Assembly (NCBI GenBank): GCA_947459205.1
Contig: CANHCR010000002.1
Span: 8,498 to 72,497 of the forward strand
DNA length: 64,000 bases
Source of the DNA: Bacillales bacterium
GTDB lineage: Bacteria > Bacillota > Bacilli > Paenibacillales > CANHCR01
Direction of reading: 5' to 3'
This document shows positions 40,517-49,382 of the stretch, piece by piece (the first letter of the stretch is position 1; the number at the start of each line of letters is the position of its first letter). Below the pieces are notes generated by a model. The model was not told the DNA's origin. It ran no database searches and saw only the letters and a program-made list of their open reading frames with translations. Both the position numbers and the translations under genes were made by a program.

Positions 40517-42190
40517 TTAATTTACTTTATAATTCAATAACTGTCTGACCTTCTCTTCATCCACAATTCCAGCCTCATTCAAAAACACACCTGGCACACC
40601 GCCACTATAAACCCGCACGTTATCCTCACCAAAAATATCGATTGCAGCATCTATCGTTTTGCGTAAGTCAGTTTCGACTCCAAGTCGGCTCTGCAACGAT
40701 GTAAGTTTCCCCTCACACACCCAGTCCCCAGTCAGATTTTCCGCATCATAACCGACGATTGAACATTTACAGTGACTTCCCGTTTCACTATGCCTCCCCT
40801 TACGTGCCGCAAGCAAACTTCGATAGATTACATCATCCTCTGGTAGTGAGTAGCCCATAAGTACGATATGTTCGGCTCCTTCAAGCGACACCCTCATATC
40901 ACGTTGGATTTCTTCGATAAAAGAAGGATGCTTGCCTTTAACATTACTCTGCATAACAATCGGTGTATCTTTGACCCCCATTAGTGTTCCACAGTAGGCA
41001 CACTGATAAGCATCAAACAGACCTTTAGTTTGAGCTAATTGTTCCTCTTTCGATCGAGTCTTAAATCCTTTTGACAAAGTGGGTAACAAATGAGGAGGAA
41101 ATAAACTTTTGCTGAACATGTCCCATTCATTTCCCAAGTACATCGTCAACTTTCCGCAATTTGGGCACTCGCGCCAACCCGTGCAACCATGAGGGAAATA
41201 AAATTTACCAATGCGAACGCGTTTATCGGATACATGCTCATCATCATTGACGCGTTGTACGACCGTTTCATTAAACGGATACCACACATCCGGTGTATCA
41301 CCGTCGACTTTTCTAACACCCATAAAGTGTCCCAAGTCATGGAACATTTTTAATGGTGCTGGATGTTTATCGCCAAAATGAGGGCGTAAACCATGATCGT
41401 TATAATCCTTATTCGAACAAAACATGAGCCAAAGCAACAGCGGATCCCAATTCATTGAGATCACCGAGAAACTATGCAAGTAAAAACTGCGCTCCGTTAT
41501 CTTTTTACCCGACTCGTTGTATTTCTCGTGTGCCTCTTCCACCATCAAATCGCGCAACTTATCGACAAGCCCGCGATACTGATCAAAAATATGTCGTTTT
41601 TCACAAAGACTCTTTTGATAATCCAACGTTTGAAACAACAAAACCAGCATTTTCAGTGCATTTCTCGCACTGTCAAGCTGGTAAACATCAACAAAGTAAG
41701 GTGGACTGCCGTTTTTAGCATTGACGTAAAATCCTTGTCTTTGTGAAATGTGCAAATCGATTAAATTAAACAAATCGATGAGTTTGAAGTTGTTCCTACT
41801 CGCCCCTGGACACATCATCAGCAAATCACCTAGTAAACGAATATCATAGGTTTGCCGTAGTTCCCTTATCCGCCAATTTGCTTCTGAATGACTTAACATT
41901 GGTGCGCATTTCATAAAAAGCGATACACTACGTTCATCTGCATCATCATGTTCCAGAATATAAAATAAGTCGACAAGCCCTTTGTGAACGGATTCATCAT
42001 TCGCTCCAAAAACTTCTCTGACTCTTTCATATAAATCATCTTTATAATCAAGACTAAATAATTTATGTAGCGATTCACTAAGGCAAGTTGTGGTTCGCAT
42101 ACCTAGATTTCTTGTTGCACCAGCACCCCAAAAGATAACTGTTTTCGGCCAAGTCGGATTGTAACTAGTAAACTCTGTCATCTCATTCAA
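40517..42190 (-). CDS. Sir2-like protein with Zn-finger insert (putative NADase effector)
   Basis: VIFWGAGAT, ISMNWD, PHG..CPNC..CAYC, LMGYSLP.DD. Confidence 0.75.
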   Translation of the reverse strand: MNEMTEFTSYNPTWPKTVIFWGAGATRNLGMRTTTCLSESLHKLFSLDYKDDLYERVREVFGANDESVHKGLVDLFYILEHDDADERSVSLFMKCAPMLSHSEANWRIRELRQTYDIRLLGDLLMMCPGASRNNFKLIDLFNLIDLHISQRQGFYVNAKNGSPPYFVDVYQLDSARNALKMLVLLFQTLDYQKSLCEKRHIFDQYRGLVDKLRDLMVEEAHEKYNESGKKITERSFYLHSFSVISMNWDPLLLWLMFCSNKDYNDHGLRPHFGDKHPAPLKMFHDLGHFMGVRKVDGDTPDVWYPFNETVVQRVNDDEHVSDKRVRIGKFYFPHGCTGWRECPNCGKLTMYLGNEWDMFSKSLFPPHLLPTLSKGFKTRSKEEQLAQTKGLFDAYQCAYCGTLMGVKDTPIVMQSNVKGKHPSFIEEIQRDMRVSLEGAEHIVLMGYSLPEDDVIYRSLLAARKGRHSETGSHCKCSIVGYDAENLTGDWVCEGKLTSLQSRLGVETDLRKTIDAAIDIFGEDNVRVYSGGVPGVFLNEAGIVDEEKVRQLLNYKVN

Positions 42191-42618
42191 GCCTTCATTT
42201 GAATTTTAGCAATTCGAATCGAGTGCACTCTGGAATTATGTAGGATTGAAAAGATCGTCCCAATCTCCACTACAAAGCAAGCTTTTAGCTTTCTGAAAAA
42301 GATTTCTTGCATAATCCCTACAAACTGCTGCGGAATTTGAATCTTCGTCTCTTTATTCACCAGTCTACCAAGGTATGAATCTTGCATACTTACATTTTGA
42401 CTAAATTGATTCTGATCACACCATTTTACAAACAAATTATAATTATCTTTTACATTGCAAAAAGGACTAGATGTGAATCCAGCTACTCCGACAATCGTGC
42501 ACTCCATCGGGTAATTGTTAGTGTCATTGTAGATTAGTTCTTTCACCGTAGCCTCTATGAAATATTTTCTCGTTCTTATTCTATCTTTGACTCGGGTAAT
42601 TCGTTTTTTCGTTGACAT
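42187..42618 (-). CDS. Hypothetical protein overlapping the Sir2-like gene start
   Basis: RBS GAGGAG; stop/start overlap. Confidence 0.7.
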   Translation of the reverse strand: MSTKKRITRVKDRIRTRKYFIEATVKELIYNDTNNYPMECTIVGVAGFTSSPFCNVKDNYNLFVKWCDQNQFSQNVSMQDSYLGRLVNKETKIQIPQQFVGIMQEIFFRKLKACFVVEIGTIFSILHNSRVHSIRIAKIQMKA

Positions 42619-43119
42619 TAATTTATCTCCTCAAGCAAAAATTCCAATCACTAATTCGCCAACAATAACATTCTAAACTACTAGGATATACAAATAATGT
42701 CCATATAGTAAAGAAATCTAAGAAGAATTCTTTAGTTGTTGATTATAGTAACGTGTCGACAATAAGATGTATTTCCAGCAGTGTTTTACTGGTTCAAATT
42801 ACCTGTGAACAGTTTCTTAACTCCATGTTATGAAGAGTATCATATGTGTTTGAAATCCATTCCAGAAAAGATTCCATTGTTTTTCCCTTCACACAAAGCA
42901 TCCAACCAACCTTCAATGTCAGTTGTCGTTTTCTCCAGTTGATTTGCATAAAATCACGAGATAATTACTATTTAAGTTCCGAAAATTATAATTCTCCATA
43001 ATTGAGGATAAATCCTGCTAATTGCCGATAATATGTAAAATAATTAGCATCACCCATAAAACTCAATCACCAACGCCTCAAATTTTCGAGTCTTCTGTTC
43101 ACTGATCTCGAAGTCCATA

Positions 43120-43422
43120 CTAAAAATCGAGCATCACCTTCGCAAGTTCGTAAGTCTCCGGACTCTTCTTACCGGCTCTCTCTAAGCAGATGGTCCACAT
43201 CTTTTTGACTACACGCTCGACTTTCACTTCGTCATACTCTTCAAGCACCGCCAGCAAATAATTGTATAACGCATAAAACGGCAAATTCGGCGAAACCTCA
43301 AATAAACTTCTCATGTTGTATCGGGCTAAATATTTGACGATTAATATTTTCATGTCTTCTTCACAACCATCGAGCACCTCGATCATCACGCGGAATGAAA
43401 GATGAAGTCCATTGACGCTCAA
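43120..43422 (-). CDS. Hypothetical protein or gene fragment
   Basis: 100-aa ORF with protein-like composition in a decayed region. Confidence 0.35.
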   Translation of the reverse strand: MSVNGLHLSFRVMIEVLDGCEEDMKILIVKYLARYNMRSLFEVSPNLPFYALYNYLLAVLEEYDEVKVERVVKKMWTICLERAGKKSPETYELAKVMLDF

Positions 43423-43949
43423 TTTTCATAGCACAATGAAACTAAAACATCGACTAACTCATCGAACCTACCAGGAAGTCTTTTCTGTTTTGAGTTGTCG
43501 ATTTACTGCAGTAATATCGACAAATTCTTTGATTTTATTTTTCATTTCACGATTACTTGAATAGAGTTGACCTTGTCCCAAATTGTAAGAGAGAGAACAC
43601 AGTCTTGGTGCCAAATGTGCCAACGACACATTGCGCCTGTCGAATGAAATCATGGGTTCACTGCTTCATTTAATAATCCAACAAAATCCGCTCAAACTTA
43701 CGAGTCTTTTCAACATCCAATTCAGTATTCATGTAAAAATCTCGCATCACAACGGCCATTTCATACGTGGCCCGGCCCTTCGCACCGACTTGCTCGAGGC
43801 AAAATTCCTAGTACTTAAGTGCAAAACGCTCAACTATGACCAGATTAAAATATTACTACTGTTTATTAGGAAAATCTGTAGAGACGAAAAACATCTCGCA
43901 CACGTCATACTCGACTAAATAATAGACAATTAATATTGAACATCCTCAC

Positions 43950-44008
43950 AAGGCGAATCAAACGCCTCTAGCATGATTTGTTGCTCTCCCAAACTGAGCC
44001 AATCCCCC
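43950..44008 (-). pseudogene. Decayed tRNA-Ala remnant (acceptor 5' strand, D-arm and T-arm)
   Basis: GGGGGATTGGCTCAGTTTGGGAGAGC..AGGCG-TTTGATT-CGCCT; flank resembles 50838-50862. Confidence 0.6.
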
Positions 44009-44056
44009 TTGGTTATTGCCAATATTCACTTTTTCGTGCATTCCTGAGACGATTCT

Positions 44057-44163
44057 ATAGCAGTTAAAGTAGTTAGTTCGTCCTGCCAGCTGAGTTACTG
44101 TACATAAAAACTGGAGACAACTTGCGAACGTGTCCAGACGCGATAAACGACTTTAACTGCTAT
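44057..44163. repeat. Tandem pair of att-like sites bounded by a 14-bp inverted repeat
   Basis: atagcagttaaagt (44057-44070) / actttaactgctat (44150-44163); cores gtcctgcc and gtccagac. Confidence 0.85.
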
Positions 44164-44208
44164 GGAGTAAGATGTCGATGCTTGCGGATCGACCTCAAAA
44201 ATGAATAA

Positions 44209-44637
44209 TCATCCAAGTGCAGTGATAAACTTATTCGAAGATAGCGACTTTTTCCATCCGGCTTTCAAGATGAAGCTCAATAGATACCCGCGCAATCCTT
44301 CAAAGCCTGTATGTTCTAGTGTTAAAGTCGTTCCACCATCTTCAGCACTCAACTTCCAAGTTACGGTTGTAGGTTGCTTCATCCAGTTCCCTGCAAAAGA
44401 ATACACAAGAAGTTCCTGCTTACTTACTTGCAAAAGTTCACAATGCATACGTCCATCCCAAGAACCTTGAGGTTTCGATACAAACGAGAACTTGAAACCA
44501 ATCGGCATTTCATCCAAATTTCCTGGAAGGTCATTTTCCGTGAACCAAGTCGCCAAAGCATGTTTATTTGTCAATGCAAACCAAACTTTATCAATGGTAT
44601 GGGGATAAAATCGAGTGATAGAAATCTTTTTTGCCAT
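44209..44637 (-). CDS. SRPBCC/AHSA1 domain protein
   Basis: DKVWFALT..LATWF, TTVTWKL..GGTTLTLEHTGF, AGW. Confidence 0.9.
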   Translation of the reverse strand: MAKKISITRFYPHTIDKVWFALTNKHALATWFTENDLPGNLDEMPIGFKFSFVSKPQGSWDGRMHCELLQVSKQELLVYSFAGNWMKQPTTVTWKLSAEDGGTTLTLEHTGFEGLRGYLLSFILKAGWKKSLSSNKFITALG

Positions 44638-44640
44638 TTA

Positions 44641-44979
44641 TTATTCATCCTCTGAAAATTTGTCTAAGAATCGACCCAGTTCATCTAACTTGTCTGTCCA
44701 CAACGGCTCAAACATTTGAATCCACTGATTGACGCCCTGCAAAGCATGTCCTTGTAATTTGCAACGTGTTTCTCTACCTAACTTACTCATCGAAATTAAA
44801 CCGGCATCTTTCAAAACTTGTAAATGCTTCACAACTGCATTTCGACTTAGGGGAAAATGGTTGCAAAGTGATGCAATCGAATGTTCCCCAATCATTAACA
44901 CTTCCAGTAGTTTTCTTCTTGTACGATCACCGATTGCAAAAAACACATCCGTCTCACTCTCTATCTGCATGGTTGTCAC
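44641..44979 (-). CDS. ArsR/SmtB family regulator
   Basis: DVFFAIGDRTRRKLL, SRNAVVKHLQVLKDAGLI. Confidence 0.9.
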   Translation of the reverse strand: MTTMQIESETDVFFAIGDRTRRKLLEVLMIGEHSIASLCNHFPLSRNAVVKHLQVLKDAGLISMSKLGRETRCKLQGHALQGVNQWIQMFEPLWTDKLDELGRFLDKFSEDE

Positions 44980-44988
44980 ACCTCAATT

Positions 44989-45046
44989 ATAACACCATTA
45001 AGTGTTAATTTTTATCATAATATAACACTCATGATGGTTATGTCAA
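44989..45046 (-). promoter_or_regulatory. Promoter (TTGACA at 45041-45046) with two imperfect palindromes, likely ArsR operators
   Basis: AACAC-cattaa-GTGTT and ATAAC..GTTAT. Confidence 0.5.
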
Positions 45047-45055
45047 TGAAAGCAC

Positions 45056-45086
45056 AAAAAAAACGTGACCGCGTTCGTCACGTTTA
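45056..45086 (-). terminator. Intrinsic terminator after fic
   Basis: aaacgtgac/gtcacgttt stem plus T-run. Confidence 0.7.
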
Positions 45087-45119
45087 TAAATCAACTCATA
45101 TTATTAAGAGTATCTACAA

Positions 45120-45857
45120 TTACTTTATCATACATAGATATCGAACGAGTTGCTCATCCTCAAGAACAGCAATCATATCGGTAAACAAATGAAGATCTTG
45201 ATGAACAGCATATTCTTCCAGTGCATTAAAATACTCAAGCCTTGATTCTTTTTTGATTGAAATTGGCAAAAAACCATTTACCATCAACTGATAATTCATA
45301 ATCAACCGAGATGTTCTACCGTTCCCGTCCGCAAACGGATGAATTCGCACAAATTCAGCATGTGTCCAAGCAGCAAGTTCAATGACATTTTCAAACGTTT
45401 TTTGTTCTAAATCAAAATAAAAACCTTTGATTTGACGGTACATTTCATTTGGTGAAGGCGGAGTATGTGCAGCTCCAGATATGTATACATCAACATTCCG
45501 GTAAACTCCACCGATCATTATGTTTTCCATTAAAATAGCATGAATATCTTTGATAATATCTTCATTTAAAGGACGTTGTTCATTGATACACTTTTTCACA
45601 TATTGAAAAGCTTTATTATGGTTCACAACCTCATACAGCTCACGTAATTGTTTTCCACCAACGGAAATCCCTTCTTCAAGAACAACTTTTGTCTCAAGTA
45701 GCGTAAGAGTATTGCCCTCAATTGCCGTAGAATGATGGGTGTATTCGACATCAAAAGCCTGAGAATAACTATTGACTGTATAATCCGAAAGCAAATATTT
45801 CATCTTATCATATTTACGTTTTTTGCTTAATAACTCTTGATAATTCAACGATTTCAC
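45120..45857 (-). CDS. Fic domain protein (class II, N-terminal auto-inhibitory motif)
   Basis: HPFADGNGRTSR; STAIEGN. Confidence 0.95.
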   Translation of the reverse strand: MKSLNYQELLSKKRKYDKMKYLLSDYTVNSYSQAFDVEYTHHSTAIEGNTLTLLETKVVLEEGISVGGKQLRELYEVVNHNKAFQYVKKCINEQRPLNEDIIKDIHAILMENIMIGGVYRNVDVYISGAAHTPPSPNEMYRQIKGFYFDLEQKTFENVIELAAWTHAEFVRIHPFADGNGRTSRLIMNYQLMVNGFLPISIKKESRLEYFNALEEYAVHQDLHLFTDMIAVLEDEQLVRYLCMIK

Positions 45858-45919
45858 CTCGGAATCATTTAACTATTTTTAAATTCATTCACATTATAGA
45901 CCATTTGGAGTCAAATGTG

Positions 45920-46051
45920 CACAAAAAAGACGCCCAGACTGCAATATGTAGACCGAACGCCGATTTCACAATTCCAATTATGCAACCACTGTGGTTTGCA
46001 CTAATGCTATAAAGCAATACGCTCTGCCGTGTTAACTACTTTAACTGCTAT
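45920..46051. repeat. Terminator plus att-like site; direct repeat of 49124-49243
   Basis: gacgcccag.ctgc..agac.gaacgcc.attt..aattccaatta..gcaatacg..ctgcc. Confidence 0.8.
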
Positions 46052-46061
46052 AAAATTAGTA

Positions 46062-46433
46062 TTATACCCGTGACAAACAATTTTCAGACGAAAAAACATT
46101 CCGCATTTTAAACTCCGCCGGACTTTCCGCAAGATACACTAATCTCAATAAATCCGGTGGATTCCCCACAAAATACGGATCCTTCAAATAGTATTTCGAG
46201 TCGAACACCCATACAGGAATTTGCAAACCTGACTCACGCGCGAGTTTGTGGACTGCTGATGCAATAAGAGCAAGAGTACAATCATCTAAAGAAAGTCGGT
46301 CTGCCGACTCATTTATCATCTCAATTTTTTCCACTTTTTCCGCAACATAAAAAGCGTCTAAAAACATCGACCACGCGAATGTAAAATCTCTTCCAACGCT
46401 CAGATACTGATTGATAATCGATACCATATTCAT
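46062..46433 (-). CDS. Hypothetical partner of the nucleotidyltransferase (putative TA component)
   Basis: FLDAFY..ALIASAVHKLA..IPVWV..P.F..ESPAEFKMRNVF; overlaps the upstream gene. Confidence 0.7.
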   Translation of the reverse strand: MNMVSIINQYLSVGRDFTFAWSMFLDAFYVAEKVEKIEMINESADRLSLDDCTLALIASAVHKLARESGLQIPVWVFDSKYYLKDPYFVGNPPDLLRLVYLAESPAEFKMRNVFSSENCLSRV

Positions 46434-46966
46434 GCAAACAATCCCTCCGCAAACGCGACTGTCCTCACACTGAGAAACTTTCGCGGAACATACTTTTCAA
46501 CAATATCCAGTACGTCAATGTAAGAATTAAGTTTCAGATGATTTTTAAGAAAAATCGCATCCTCGCGGTCCTTGCTTCCCTCTCTTGCAGCATAGCATTT
46601 CATCGCCAAAATATATTCTGCAGTCGCTGACTGAATTTTTAGATTCGAGTATATTTTCACTTCAACATGTGGTGGATTTGTGTAAATAAACCCCTTGACC
46701 CCATCGTTCAACCAATCCTCTTGTATATTCATTTCCTTGGCAACTTCTTTGGCCATTTGATACAAATCTGTTTTCGGTTGAAAAATCGCATCAACATCGC
46801 GCGTGTATCCTCGACTTCCGAACACTAGACACATGGATGCGCCACCGAAAATGATAATTTCACCGTGCTCGTCGGCTTGAGCTAATCTTTGATTTAATTT
46901 TTCGAAACAAGCCAGCATCAGTTGTTTATCTAAATTCACATCTTTGTTCATCATATCCCCAACCAC
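46430..46966 (-). CDS. DUF6036-like nucleotidyltransferase
   Basis: IIFGGASM..RGYTRDVDA, WLND, YILAMK..A.R..D.ED. Confidence 0.8.
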   Translation of the reverse strand: MVGDMMNKDVNLDKQLMLACFEKLNQRLAQADEHGEIIIFGGASMCLVFGSRGYTRDVDAIFQPKTDLYQMAKEVAKEMNIQEDWLNDGVKGFIYTNPPHVEVKIYSNLKIQSATAEYILAMKCYAAREGSKDREDAIFLKNHLKLNSYIDVLDIVEKYVPRKFLSVRTVAFAEGLFA

Positions 46967-47086
46967 TCGAAATTTATATTCCTAGTTCAATTATACCCTA
47001 AATTGAAAAAGAGGTCGACGCATTCGCATCAACCTCTGAATTACGATACTGAAACAATCCCATAAATAGTTACCCAACGGTCTTTT

Positions 47087-47265
47087 AATTCACTAAATCA
47101 ACGGACCGCCATTCACCTTATTAAATCCTAGATTTAATTCTATATATTCTAATCTAGTCATTGCAAAAAACTAGATTTTCTAGTCTGCCGTTTGAGCTAC
47201 TGTACATAAAAACTGGAGACAACTTGCGAACGTATACAGCTGCGTTAAACGACTTTAACTGCCAT
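47087..47265. repeat. ~180-bp direct repeat of 2490-2670 with a tandem att-like pair
   Basis: Direct comparison of the two copies. Confidence 0.9.
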
Positions 47266-47354
47266 GAAATATTTTCAATAGATGAAATGGACAAAGTTAT
47301 CGACAGAAAAACAGATCCAAAACAGGGGGAGCGTATCGACAGTCCCCATACCTT

Positions 47355-47810
47355 CTAATTACATAATTTGACTGCTTCCCTAAATGCTTGGGCCAGATTC
47401 CCATTGCGTATGGATTTACCGATACAAATCGCGTCTTCTTCGGGATGTTCAAATCCATTTTTCACATTTTTTGACGGCTCAATTTTGTACCCTTCATCAG
47501 AATACCATTCTACGCTTATGAACCTCATGTTCTGAATTGCTTTTGCATATCCTCTAATCTTAAGAAGTTTCTCAATAACTGATGGCCTTAATTTCCCATT
47601 AGGTTCTATGACATTCCACTCATCCAATGCGCGAAGTAAATATGATTCTATTTTTTCATCGGAGTACCCTCGATCCAAAACATGATGCATGTCAAGGTCG
47701 CAAGTTACTCCTCCCCATTTTTTTGAAATCCCTCTTGGAATAATAATGATATCTTCATTTGATGTAATGTAAACACTAACCAATTTATATTTATAACCCA
47801 CAACAAACAC
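47355..47810 (-). CDS. Orphan CdiI/DUF1436-like immunity protein
   Basis: VSVY..IIIIP, L..AL, LKIRGY..A..M.FISV, YKIEPS, LAQAF.EA..LC pattern; no toxin gene adjacent. Confidence 0.5.
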   Translation of the reverse strand: MFVVGYKYKLVSVYITSNEDIIIIPRGISKKWGGVTCDLDMHHVLDRGYSDEKIESYLLRALDEWNVIEPNGKLRPSVIEKLLKIRGYAKAIQNMRFISVEWYSDEGYKIEPSKNVKNGFEHPEEDAICIGKSIRNGNLAQAFREAVKLCN

Positions 47811-47846
47811 CCTTTCCGCAAGCTTAACTTTAATGAGGATTAAGTC

Positions 47847-49061
47847 CTAAATCAACCACACGGGGACCATCAGATTTTGTCGGTCAATAGGTAACAACTC
47901 GCGAGAGACACATATCAAATTGCCTGTACCCATTCGTTTCCCTGTCTTCTCAAGTGCCTTGAAATGTCGAATCGCATCTGCTTTTGGCGTCCCAGACTTC
48001 TTCACCTCTATCGGATATAACACATCGTTCTTCTCGATCATTAAATCGATTTCCTTGCCATCTGTATCACGGTAGTAAAACAACGGAGGCCGCTTGCCAG
48101 CATTCAAAAAACTTTTGTAAATCTCGCTAACGACATACGTCTCAAAAAACGCTCCCGACATCGCCGAAACCTCAAGTGACTCAGGATTCGTCCACCTTGT
48201 CAACCACGCACAAAGTCCAGTGTCCATAAAATATAGCCGTGGCGATTTCACGATCCGTTTCAACGCATTATTGAAATACGGTTCAATCAAAATCACAATT
48301 CCAGACGACAATAGCATCGATAGCCATTGTTTCGCGGTCGGTGAACTGATGCCCACATCTTTTGCTAGTTCCGAGTAGTTTAATAGTTGTCCCGTTCGTG
48401 CAGCACAGGCAGTCATAAACCGCAAAAATGCCAATTCATCTCCAACCTGCGTCAATTCGCGAATATCACGCTGTAAATACGTATTGACGTACGAAGAGTA
48501 GAAAAGTTCGATGTCCTGTTCCGTTTCATAAAGTGCCGGCATCGAACCTTTGTGGATTCGTTTGAAAATCTCTTGAACATTCATTTCTTTGGCGGTTTTT
48601 AATTTATCTGATAATGAATCAAAATCAGGCTGATATGCGCCTGTGCTACCTTCTGAAATTTCTGCTTGAGACAGCCCTTGTATGGGAATCACCGCGACTC
48701 GACCAGCTAAACTCTCGCTTACATTTTTCATCAAATGAAACATCTGCGAACCAGTCAGCCAAAAATCACCTTTTCGCCTATGTTCATCTACATACATTTT
48801 TATATATGGCAGTAACTGCGGTGCATATTGAATTTCATCGATAATAAGTGGTGGTTGATATCGTTGCAAAAAAAGTTCGGGATCGGTCACTGCCAACTCA
48901 CGAATCACAGGGTTATCTAAAGTAACATAGGTTCGATCAGATTCAGCCATCGTTCGTAAAAGCGTAGTCTTACCCACTTGTCGCGGTCCAGTTAGTAATA
49001 ACACTGCATAAGCATGATTTGCATTTTGAATCACTTGTTCTAAATGGCGATTGATGAACAT
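47847..49061 (-). CDS. AAA_14 + DUF4143 ATP-binding protein
   Basis: GPRQVGKTT, IDEIQ, LTGS, KSPRLYFMDTG, FETYV, EIDL..IEVK. Confidence 0.9.
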   Translation of the reverse strand: MFINRHLEQVIQNANHAYAVLLLTGPRQVGKTTLLRTMAESDRTYVTLDNPVIRELAVTDPELFLQRYQPPLIIDEIQYAPQLLPYIKMYVDEHRRKGDFWLTGSQMFHLMKNVSESLAGRVAVIPIQGLSQAEISEGSTGAYQPDFDSLSDKLKTAKEMNVQEIFKRIHKGSMPALYETEQDIELFYSSYVNTYLQRDIRELTQVGDELAFLRFMTACAARTGQLLNYSELAKDVGISSPTAKQWLSMLLSSGIVILIEPYFNNALKRIVKSPRLYFMDTGLCAWLTRWTNPESLEVSAMSGAFFETYVVSEIYKSFLNAGKRPPLFYYRDTDGKEIDLMIEKNDVLYPIEVKKSGTPKADAIRHFKALEKTGKRMGTGNLICVSRELLPIDRQNLMVPVWLI

Positions 49062-49123
49062 AGCACACCTCGGTTATTTTAAAGTGCAGATTTATTATAA
49101 ACGATTTTCTGAAGTTATTCCAC

Positions 49124-49249
49124 AACAAAAAAACGACGCCCAGTCTGCTTTACTGCAGACGGAACGCCAATTTCCAAAATTCCAATTAATAAGATTTGCA
49201 TTAGTGTTTCATGGCAATACGTCCTGCCAGCTGAGTTACTGTAACTCAG
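49124..49249. repeat. Terminator plus att-like site (core gtcctgcc) ending in palindrome ctgagttac-t-gtaactcag
   Basis: Repeat of 45920-46028; arm matches 44080-44102. Confidence 0.8.
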
Positions 49250-49382
49250 ATTAATACTTTATTGATTTCTATATCGATAAATCATCAACAAAAATTATTT
49301 TCATACTTTAAAGTAAAAAAGTTTATTATTCTTTAAAAATTGTGTATAATAAAACTAAAAGTTTATTGTGGGAGGAACTCAA

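Noticed and set aside
42760-43760. Short reading frames upstream of the Sir2 cluster
   Set aside because: Look like decayed coding DNA, but no family could be assigned by eye
44057-44163. Classical integron attC site
   Set aside because: No IntI tyrosine integrase in the window; the GTT/AAC boxes do not fit RYYYAAC...GTTRRRY in order or consensus
47161-47358. 65-aa + strand ORF
   Set aside because: Lies over the att-like repeat; no RBS or motif
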